Positions 1-6,968 of a stretch of DNA of 64,000 bases are shown piece by piece. Positions within the stretch are counted from its first letter, which is position 1. The number at the start of each line of letters is the position of its first letter. Below the pieces are notes generated by a model, which worked only from the letters and a program-made list of their open reading frames with translations, was not told the origin of the DNA and ran no database searches. Location of the stretch: sequence record NC_028780.1; one strand, 5' to 3'. Made by a program: the position numbers and the translations under genes. The stretch comes from Escherichia phage slur07.

Positions 1-1
1 T

Positions 2-340
2 GATCGTTTTGTTTTGGCGAAAGAACACCGTAGCGCTCACTCTGAATGGTCGTCTAAAAATGAAATTCATGCTGAACTAAATGCAATTTTGTTTGCTGCA
101 CGAAATGGTTCTTCTATTGAAGGTGCTACTATGTATGTAACACTTTCTCCTTGCCCAGATTGTGCAAAAGCGATAGCTCAATCTGGTATTAAAAAGCTAG
201 TTTATTGCGAAACATACGATAAAAATAAACCTGGCTGGGATGATATTCTGCGAAATGCAGGTATTGAAGTGTTTAATGTTCCTAAGAAAAACTTGAATAA
301 GTTAAACTGGGAAAATATCAACGAATTCTGTGGTGAATAA
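2..340 (+). CDS. cd: dCMP deaminase, C-terminal part (5' end upstream of window)
   Basis: ORF runs off the 5' edge; HAE and PCPDC zinc-ligand motifs of cytidine/dCMP deaminases; lies upstream of gene 31 and rIII as in T4. Confidence 0.85.
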   Translation, partial: DRFVLAKEHRSAHSEWSSKNEIHAELNAILFAARNGSSIEGATMYVTLSPCPDCAKAIAQSGIKKLVYCETYDKNKPGWDDILRNAGIEVFNVPKKNLNKLNWENINEFCGE

Positions 341-576
341 TGAAATTTCGTTTGGTAAAGCTCACAGCAATTAGTTCTTATTCTAACGAGAACATCTCAT
401 TTGCTGTAGAGTATAAGAACTATTTTTTCTCTAAATGGAAACAGTATTATAAAACTGATTGGACTAGTATTGATAGACCATATAGTTGGAAATCTGATTT
501 AGAAAAATGCCAAAAATTACTTTCCACCCTTAAAGAACGTGGAACAACTCATATTAAAACTGTGATAGGTAAATAA
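340..576 (+). CDS. hypothetical small early protein (78 aa)
   Basis: ORF start overlaps the cd stop (ATGA-type coupling); no recognisable motif. Confidence 0.5.
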   Translation: MKFRLVKLTAISSYSNENISFAVEYKNYFFSKWKQYYKTDWTSIDRPYSWKSDLEKCQKLLSTLKERGTTHIKTVIGK

Positions 577-885
577 ATGAAACTGACAACTGAGCAGAAA
601 GTAGCAATTCGTGAAATTTTGAAAACTAAACTGTCCATGGGTGTTTCAAACGTAGTTTTTGAAAAGTCTGATGGTACTATTCGTACTATGAAAGGTACTC
701 GTGATGCAGACTTTATGCCAACCATGCAAACTGGTAAATTGACTGAATCTACTCGGAAAGAATCTACTGACATGATTCCAGTATTTGATGTTGAACTTGG
801 TGCATGGCGAGGTTTTTCTATTGACAAATTGATTTCCGTTAATGGTATGAAAGTTGAGCATTTACTCCAATTTATTGGTAAATAA
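577..885 (+). CDS. hypothetical protein (102 aa)
   Basis: ORF immediately after previous stop; no recognisable motif. Confidence 0.5.
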   Translation: MKLTTEQKVAIREILKTKLSMGVSNVVFEKSDGTIRTMKGTRDADFMPTMQTGKLTESTRKESTDMIPVFDVELGAWRGFSIDKLISVNGMKVEHLLQFIGK

Positions 886-887
886 AT

Positions 888-918
888 GCTTTAAGAATTA
901 TTTGTTATTATTAATTCA
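888..918 (+). promoter_or_regulatory. candidate MotA-dependent middle promoter (TGCTTTA box, ~12 nt spacer, TATTAT) upstream of gene 31
   Basis: MotA-box-like TGCTTTA followed by -10-like TATTAT; same 31 nt recurs exactly at 60751-60781. Confidence 0.4.
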
Positions 919-941
919 TCTGTTAACAAAAAGGAAAAACG

Positions 942-1277
942 ATGTCTGAAGTACAACAGCTACCAATTCGTGCTGTCGGTGAATATGTTATTTTAGTTTC
1001 TGAACCTGCACAGGCTGGTGATGAAGAAGTTACAGAATCAGGACTTATTATCGGTAAACGTGTTCAAGGTGAAGTTCCTGAACTGTGTGTAGTTCACTCT
1101 GTTGGTCCTGATGTTCCTGAAGGTTTCTGCGAAGTTGGTGATTTGACTTCTCTTCCAGTTGGTCAAATTCGAAATGTTCCGCATCCTTTTGTAGCTCTGG
1201 GTCTTAAGCAGCCGAAAGAAATTAAACAAAAATTCGTTACTTGTCACTATAAAGCTATTCCGTGTCTTTATAAGTGA
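942..1277 (+). CDS. 31: gp31 co-chaperonin (GroES-like), needed for capsid protein folding
   Basis: 111 aa ORF, sequence matches recalled T4 gp31 ([22 protein letters not shown]...); between cd and rIII. Confidence 0.92.
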
Positions 1278-1285
1278 TATAAATA
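1278..1285 (+). promoter_or_regulatory. late-promoter-like TATAAATA between gene 31 and rIII
   Basis: Exact TATAAATA immediately after gene 31 stop. Confidence 0.3.
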
Positions 1286-1403
1286 ATAATATGAATTGAG
1301 TTTCAATTCTATGTGGTAGTCTACAACTGAGAGATCTGTCGAAAGAAGATGAAATTCAGAAGAACGTGACTACCGAGTTTTAATCTCTAACGAGAATTTT
1401 TAA

Positions 1404-1652
1404 ATGATTAAACAATTACAACACGCTCTTGAACTGCAACGAAACGCATGGAATAATGGTCACGAAAACTATGGCGCATCTATTGATGTTGAAGCCGAAG
1501 CTCTTGAAATCCTGCGTTATTTCAAACATCTGAATCCTGCTCAAACTGCATTAGCTGCTGAGCTTCAGGAAAAAGATGAACTTAAGTATGCTAAGCCTCT
1601 GGCTTCTGCTGCACGAAAAGCAGTTCGTCACTTTGTGGTAACATTGAAGTAA
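1404..1652 (+). CDS. rIII: rIII lysis-inhibition accessory protein
   Basis: 82 aa ORF matching T4 rIII size and position next to gene 31. Confidence 0.8.
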   Translation: MIKQLQHALELQRNAWNNGHENYGASIDVEAEALEILRYFKHLNPAQTALAAELQEKDELKYAKPLASAARKAVRHFVVTLK

Positions 1653-1940
1653 TTTATTGGAGATTCACTGCCTTAGTGTGAGCTAAATCGAGGAGCCGTC
1701 GAACTGTCTGATTAATGATTCGCAAATCATTATAGTTTTAAGACCCCGGCAGTTTTACGGTGTACCTCTTGAATGTTACTATCATGCGTCAGAAAAGTGT
1801 TATCTGTGTAAGTCTTGGTGGTATGATGACGAGGTTTATGGTTATCCTGTCGGTAAATATTCAAAACCTAAGTACCCCCTTGAGGGCTTGCGCAGGCAAT
1901 GCCAATAAGTCCTGCATTTTCATTTAAAAGAGAATTTATA

Positions 1941-2117
1941 ATGGCAAAACAAGTTAAAGCAAAGAAAGCAGTTGAAAAGAAAGTTGGTGATTCTAAACGC
2001 GCTGGCTACAAGCGTGGGTCGAACTCTCGTATCAATCAAACTGTTGAGAAGATCATGCGCCGAGCACGTGCGGTTCTTCGAGATGATGCTTCTCGTTTTG
2101 GTAAGCAGAAAGCATAA
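1941..2117 (+). CDS. small lysine/arginine-rich protein (58 aa), possible nucleic-acid binder
   Basis: ATG at 1941 (longer ORF from 1899 possible); very basic composition; followed by intrinsic terminator. Confidence 0.5.
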   Translation: MAKQVKAKKAVEKKVGDSKRAGYKRGSNSRINQTVEKIMRRARAVLRDDASRFGKQKA

Positions 2118-2120
2118 GTT

Positions 2121-2146
2121 GAGGACTCCTTCGGGAGTCCTTTTTT
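2121..2146 (+). terminator. intrinsic terminator (GGACTCC-TTCG-GGAGTCC plus T-run)
   Basis: Perfect 7 bp stem, tetraloop, TTTTTT. Confidence 0.7.
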
Positions 2147-2170
2147 ATTTTCCAAAGATTGCATAAAGTT

Positions 2171-2200
2171 GTTTACAGTATAGCTCCTTTGTGATAGTAT
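2171..2200 (+). promoter_or_regulatory. T4-type early promoter (GTTTAC -35, TAGTAT -10)
   Basis: GTTTAC then ~18 nt then TAGTAT; RBS and ATG 2228 downstream. Confidence 0.5.
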
Positions 2201-2227
2201 TATCTTACACAAACAAAGGAGAATAAA

Positions 2228-2560
2228 ATGAAAACGATTAATCTGAACGCTGCAGTTAAAACTAAATGCTTCAATGGTAAATATGATGAAACTATGTGGT
2301 TCTTAATGGCAGTTGAAGGTGATATTATTGAAGTAGAAACAACAGAAGGTATGGGAACAGATTTCACCTTTACAATTCAAGTTCATAATTTCTTTACTGG
2401 TTGGATTTATGAATTGAATACAGTAATCGTTGGAAAAATTGAACAAAATGAATTAGGCGAATGGCATTATGTTACAGCTCGCCAACGTGCAGAACGCTTA
2501 ATTGAGAAGATGAAAAAAGTTGGTAAACTTGACATGCAGCATTGGAAAGTAGTAAAATAA
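2228..2560 (+). CDS. hypothetical early protein (110 aa)
   Basis: ORF with AAGGAG RBS; conserved GGAGAATAAAATGAA initiation cassette. Confidence 0.6.
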   Translation: MKTINLNAAVKTKCFNGKYDETMWFLMAVEGDIIEVETTEGMGTDFTFTIQVHNFFTGWIYELNTVIVGKIEQNELGEWHYVTARQRAERLIEKMKKVGKLDMQHWKVVK

Positions 2561-2562
2561 TT

Positions 2563-2591
2563 GTTTACTTTGGTACAGGATATGATATTAT
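2563..2591 (+). promoter_or_regulatory. T4-type early promoter with stem-loop (GTTTAC / TATTAT; GGTACAGG...CCTGTACC inverted repeat)
   Basis: GTTTAC, 17 nt spacer, TATTAT; 8 bp inverted repeat brackets the -10 region. Confidence 0.5.
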
Positions 2592-2627
2592 ATACCTGTA
2601 CCGCAATTAAACATCTTGGAGAATAAA

Positions 2628-2993
2628 ATGAACTACATCAACTTTGAACGTAAATATGTTTCTAATGGTATTGCAGGTTCTATTGATACTATTTGCCTCT
2701 GGAAACATCAAAACGGATCAGTATGCGAAATTGAACAGTATATGACTCCTAACTACGTTTATATGCGATTTGAAAACGGTATCACGGTTTCAATCACGAT
2801 GGAAGGTTCCAACTTCAAAATCGCTCTGGATGATGATTTCCGTCAACGCGATTTAGGGACTCATCCTTGCTGGAATGGTGCTAATCGTAAACTCTTAGTT
2901 AAAACTTGGATTCGTCATATTCTGAGTAACAGAGCTAAACCTGAGCATCTTGAAGCAATCTTTGATGTAGTTCTTAACGAATTTGATATTTAA
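2628..2993 (+). CDS. hypothetical early protein (121 aa)
   Basis: ATG 2628 preceded by GGAG; track ORF from 2616 uses a TTG start. Confidence 0.6.
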   Translation: MNYINFERKYVSNGIAGSIDTICLWKHQNGSVCEIEQYMTPNYVYMRFENGITVSITMEGSNFKIALDDDFRQRDLGTHPCWNGANRKLLVKTWIRHILSNRAKPEHLEAIFDVVLNEFDI

Positions 2994-3033
2994 AATAAAA
3001 TAAAGGGCTTCGGTCCCTATTGAGGAAAATATT

Positions 3034-3321
3034 ATGTTTATGACTACTTATTTTGATACCCGCAAAAATTTCTGTGAAGTTGTTTTCTCAAAGGCACCTA
3101 AAGACCTTCCTGCACATTTGCAACCTACTAGCGAATCGATTAAAAACTACGTTGATGTGGTTTGTCCTTTAGAATTCCGTACAGTAAATGGGCGTGATAC
3201 TTTAGCTATCACTAAACTCAATCGCGAAATTGACATTGACCCTTCAATTGCGCGTGAAATTAACATTTCTGATATTGGCGGCGGTAATGTTAAATCGCAC
3301 GGTTTTCAGATGAGGTTCTAA
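3034..3321 (+). CDS. hypothetical early protein (95 aa)
   Basis: ORF in tightly packed same-strand array. Confidence 0.55.
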   Translation: MFMTTYFDTRKNFCEVVFSKAPKDLPAHLQPTSESIKNYVDVVCPLEFRTVNGRDTLAITKLNREIDIDPSIAREINISDIGGGNVKSHGFQMRF

Positions 3322-3518
3322 TGAAATTCTTTTTAGGTCAAACTGTTGAATTAAAGGGAGTTGGTATACCTGGATTAATTTCTAAGGTTCTACCTCCATT
3401 TAAATGGAGTGGTATTCAAATAAAAGAGGCTTATATTGTTTCCTGGGTAGATGGAAATGAAGACCTTCGTATGGGTGATGAATTATCTCCTATCTACGGA
3501 TTAAAGGAATTAGTATGA
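3321..3518 (+). CDS. hypothetical early protein (65 aa)
   Basis: Start overlaps previous stop (ATGA). Confidence 0.5.
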   Translation: MKFFLGQTVELKGVGIPGLISKVLPPFKWSGIQIKEAYIVSWVDGNEDLRMGDELSPIYGLKELV

Positions 3519-3721
3519 ATATAATTAATAAGATTTTTGGAATTCAGTACATTAAGGTCACATATAAAGTAACAGATAAAAATCCGTATACTGATGAACA
3601 CGAAGAACCACAAGTTAAGTCTATTATATTAGAAAAGGACCCTAACTGGCCAGTTGAATTTCGTCTTCCTTGCTATGGTCATTGGGCTGATGTTGAAATT
3701 ATAAGCATTGAAAATGTCTGA
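3515..3721 (+). CDS. hypothetical early protein (68 aa)
   Basis: Start overlaps previous stop. Confidence 0.5.
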   Translation: MNIINKIFGIQYIKVTYKVTDKNPYTDEHEEPQVKSIILEKDPNWPVEFRLPCYGHWADVEIISIENV

Positions 3722-4172
3722 GTTAGAGATTAGAAGTAATTTTAGATGGCCATCATGCGCATTAAGTAATTTTGCCCAATGGCCTTTCGTCATGGATGGT
3801 ATTCAATTCGGAGGTCTCGAAGGATTCCTCCAAGGATGTAAGGTGAAAAACGTTGAACAACAACGTCGTATATTTGGATTATCCGGGCTTGCCGCCCAAC
3901 AAGCTGGAAGGTCTTATGCTAGAGCTCAGGACCATGGGACCCTCTTCTGGCTTGGAGTTCCATTTTCAAGATACTCCCCGGCGTGGAAAGAATTATACAC
4001 AAATGCATATTTTGAAGCAGCGATCCAAAACAAGGGCTTTCGTGATGCATTACAAGCCTCGAAAGGAAAAGTTTTGAAGCACAGCATGGCTAGTGGTCTA
4101 ACAAAAGATGATACAATACTAACCGAAGCTGAATTTATTGATGTGTTAAACCTATTAAGAGACTCTCTATGA
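3708..4172 (+). CDS. NADAR/YbiA-like (DUF1768-like) protein, possibly divergent
   Basis: N-terminal LSNFAQWPF...DG...GLEGFLQGCK resembles the YbiA/NADAR signature (SNFA-WP...DG...E-YFQAQK); C-terminal half diverges. Confidence 0.55.
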   Translation: MKMSELEIRSNFRWPSCALSNFAQWPFVMDGIQFGGLEGFLQGCKVKNVEQQRRIFGLSGLAAQQAGRSYARAQDHGTLFWLGVPFSRYSPAWKELYTNAYFEAAIQNKGFRDALQASKGKVLKHSMASGLTKDDTILTEAEFIDVLNLLRDSL

Positions 4173-5005
4173 AGCCTACTATTTTAACTGATATTGATGG
4201 AGTATGTTTAAGCTGGCAATCAGGCCTTCCTTATTTTGCTCAGAAATATAATCTTCCGTTAGAACATATTTTAAAAATGATCCAAGATGAGAAATTTATT
4301 TCTCCTGGTAAACTCTTTAACTGTGATGAAGAACTTGGCGTTAAGCTAATTGAAAAATACAATCGATCAGATTTTATTCGTTACTTGTCTCCATATAAAG
4401 ATGCTCTGTGTGTAATTAACAAATTAAAAGAAGATTATAATTTTGTAGCTGTTACAGCATTGGGTGATTCTATTGACGCTCTGTTGAATCGTCAATTTAA
4501 TTTGAATGCTCTTTTTCCTGGTGCCTTCTCAGAAGTAATGATGTGTGGTCATGATTCTTCAAAAGAAGAGTTGTTCAAAAAGGCAAAAGAGAAATATAAC
4601 GTAATTTGTTATATTGACGATCTCGCTCACCACTGCGATCATGCGAGTGAAATATTACGTGTTCCTGTGTATTGGATGGCTCGAGGAGAGCGTGACAGTA
4701 TTCCAAAAACTGCACAGCGAGTTTATACATGGAATGATGTAGAGAATAAGCTTTTTCCATTGAAGGAAAATAAAGAAAGTTTTGATCGTGAAAAAGCTAT
4801 AAAAGATACAATCGAGAAGATGATTAAAAATGATTCTTTTCGTTGGAACACTACCTGGAGAACTCCTGGATTTAATCCTTATAATCCATATCATCCATAT
4901 CAGACGCATCCGTTTCAGACATGGAACTATATTAAACCCGGTGGTATAGAGTATTTGTATAATAGACCTACTTGTGGTGATAATATTTTCCAAGGAGCAT
5001 TCTAA
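4169..5005 (+). CDS. HAD-superfamily phosphatase/nucleotidase-like protein (278 aa)
   Basis: N-terminal LTDIDGV (DxDG) HAD motif I; start overlaps the NADAR-like ORF; C-terminal NPY/HPY aromatic-proline repeats. Confidence 0.6.
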   Translation: MKPTILTDIDGVCLSWQSGLPYFAQKYNLPLEHILKMIQDEKFISPGKLFNCDEELGVKLIEKYNRSDFIRYLSPYKDALCVINKLKEDYNFVAVTALGDSIDALLNRQFNLNALFPGAFSEVMMCGHDSSKEELFKKAKEKYNVICYIDDLAHHCDHASEILRVPVYWMARGERDSIPKTAQRVYTWNDVENKLFPLKENKESFDREKAIKDTIEKMIKNDSFRWNTTWRTPGFNPYNPYHPYQTHPFQTWNYIKPGGIEYLYNRPTCGDNIFQGAF

Positions 5006-5274
5006 TGTTTGTTGTTCACACTATTTATGAAAATGAAGGTAATACTACACGTGATTATGGTCACGTAAATCAATTTTTTAGATGCAATCCAGAATTCCGA
5101 GCTCAAAAAGACGAACGAATTTTTAAAAAATGTGTAGAGCAAGGTTTCATTTACGTCAAGCACTGGATGCAAGGAAATAAAGTTAGAACCACATATCATA
5201 GGTCTTTGACTGAGCTTAATGATGAATTGATTTATAATAGAGCTGTAAACCAAACTCTAAAGGATGAACAATGA
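5005..5274 (+). CDS. hypothetical protein (89 aa)
   Basis: ORF between HAD-like gene and ligase; overlapping stops and starts. Confidence 0.5.
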   Translation: MFVVHTIYENEGNTTRDYGHVNQFFRCNPEFRAQKDERIFKKCVEQGFIYVKHWMQGNKVRTTYHRSLTELNDELIYNRAVNQTLKDEQ

Positions 5275-6734
5275 TTCTTAAAATTCTGAACGAAATAGCA
5301 TCTATTGGTTCAACTAAGCAGAAGCAAGCAATTCTTGAAAAGAATAAAGATAATGAATTGCTTAAACGAGTATATCGTCTGACTTATTCTCGTGGGTTGC
5401 AGTATTATATCAAGAAATGGCCTAAACCTGGTATTGCTACCCAGAGTTTTGGAATGTTGACTCTTACCGATATGCTTGACTTCATTGAATTTACATTAGC
5501 TACTCGGAAATTGACTGGAAATGCGGCAATTGAGGAATTAGTAGGTTATATTACTGACGGTAAAAAAGATGATGTTGAAGTTTTGCGTCGAGTGATGATG
5601 CGAGACCTTGAATGTGGTGCTTCAGTATCTATTGCAAACAAAGTTTGGCCAGGTTTAATTCCTGAACAACCTCAAATGCTCGCAAGTTCTTATGATGAAA
5701 AAGGCATTAGTAAGAATATCAAATTTCCAGCCTTTGCACAATTAAAAGCAGATGGAGCTCGGTGTTTTGCTGAAGTTAGAGGTGATGAATTAGATGATGT
5801 CCGTCTTTTATCACGAGCTGGTAATGAATATCTAGGATTAGATCTTCTTAAGGAAGAGTTAATCAAAATGACCGCTGAAGCCCGCCAGATTCATCCAGAA
5901 GGTGTGTTAATTGATGGCGAATTGGTATACCATGAGCAAGTTAAAAAGGAGCCAGAAGGCCTAGATTTTCTTTTTGATGCTTATCCTGAAATTAGTAAAG
6001 CTAAAGAGTTTGCTGAAGTAGCTGAATCACGTACTACTTCTAATGGAATCGCTAATAAATCTTTAAAGGGAACTATTTCAGAAAAAGAAGCACAATGCAT
6101 GAAGTTTCAGGTCTGGGATTATGTTCCGTTGGTAGAAATATACGGTCTTCCTGCATTTCGTTTGAAATATGATGTACGTTTTTCTAAACTAGAACAAATG
6201 ACATCAGGCTATGATAAAGTAATTTTAATTGAAAACCAGGTAGTAAATAACCTAAATGAAGCTAAGGTAATTTATAAAAAATATATTGACCAAGGTCTTG
6301 AAGGTATTATTCTCAAAAATATCGATGGATTATGGGAAAATGCTCGTTCAAAAAATCTCTATAAATTTAAAGAAGTAATTGATGTTGATTTAAAAATTGT
6401 AGGAATTTATCCTCACCGTAAAGACCCTACTAAAGCGGGTGGATTTATTCTTGAGTCAGAGTGTGGAAAAATTAAAGTAAATGCTGGTTCAGGCTTAAAA
6501 GATAAAGCCGGCGTAAAATCGCATGAACTTGACCGTACTCGCATTATGGAAAACCAAAATTATTATATTGGAAAAATTCTAGAGTGCGAATGCAACGGTT
6601 GGTTAAAATCTGATGGCCGCACTGATTACGTTAAATTATTTCTTCCGATTGCGATTCGTTTGCGTGAAGATAAAACTAAAGCTAATACATTCGAGGATGT
6701 ATTTGGTGATTTTCATGAGGTAACTGGTTTATGA
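5271..6734 (+). CDS. 30: ATP-dependent DNA ligase
   Basis: 487 aa; KADGARC adenylation motif (KxDGxR); sequence matches recalled T4 gp30 (MILKILNEIASIGSTKQKQ...). Confidence 0.95.
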   Translation: MILKILNEIASIGSTKQKQAILEKNKDNELLKRVYRLTYSRGLQYYIKKWPKPGIATQSFGMLTLTDMLDFIEFTLATRKLTGNAAIEELVGYITDGKKDDVEVLRRVMMRDLECGASVSIANKVWPGLIPEQPQMLASSYDEKGISKNIKFPAFAQLKADGARCFAEVRGDELDDVRLLSRAGNEYLGLDLLKEELIKMTAEARQIHPEGVLIDGELVYHEQVKKEPEGLDFLFDAYPEISKAKEFAEVAESRTTSNGIANKSLKGTISEKEAQCMKFQVWDYVPLVEIYGLPAFRLKYDVRFSKLEQMTSGYDKVILIENQVVNNLNEAKVIYKKYIDQGLEGIILKNIDGLWENARSKNLYKFKEVIDVDLKIVGIYPHRKDPTKAGGFILESECGKIKVNAGSGLKDKAGVKSHELDRTRIMENQNYYIGKILECECNGWLKSDGRTDYVKLFLPIAIRLREDKTKANTFEDVFGDFHEVTGL

Positions 6735-6919
6735 AAGCTTACTTAGAAACAATTGTCGTGGCTCAAAAAGAAGGTGGAGATGTTTCTACTTCTGTATCAC
6801 AAATCATGATTGAATTTATAGATGCATATGCTTATAATAAATTCACAGAAACTTTTGATGCTTATGAAAAAGGTCCAAAGTTTGAAATATATCGTACTCT
6901 CTTACCAATAGATTATTAA
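6731..6919 (+). CDS. hypothetical protein (62 aa)
   Basis: ORF overlapping ligase stop. Confidence 0.45.
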   Translation: MKAYLETIVVAQKEGGDVSTSVSQIMIEFIDAYAYNKFTETFDAYEKGPKFEIYRTLLPIDY

Positions 6920-6935
6920 AGGCCTTCGGGCCTTT
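6918..6935 (+). terminator. stem-loop (AAGGCC-TTCG-GGCCTT) after the ligase operon
   Basis: Hairpin followed by T-rich tract. Confidence 0.5.
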
Positions 6936-6940
6936 AATTT

Positions 6941-6948
6941 TATAAATA
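6941..6948 (+). promoter_or_regulatory. late promoter TATAAATA for alt
   Basis: Exact T4 late-promoter consensus about 20 nt upstream of alt start. Confidence 0.6.
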
Positions 6949-6968
6949 GAATAAACACTAGAGAGGAT

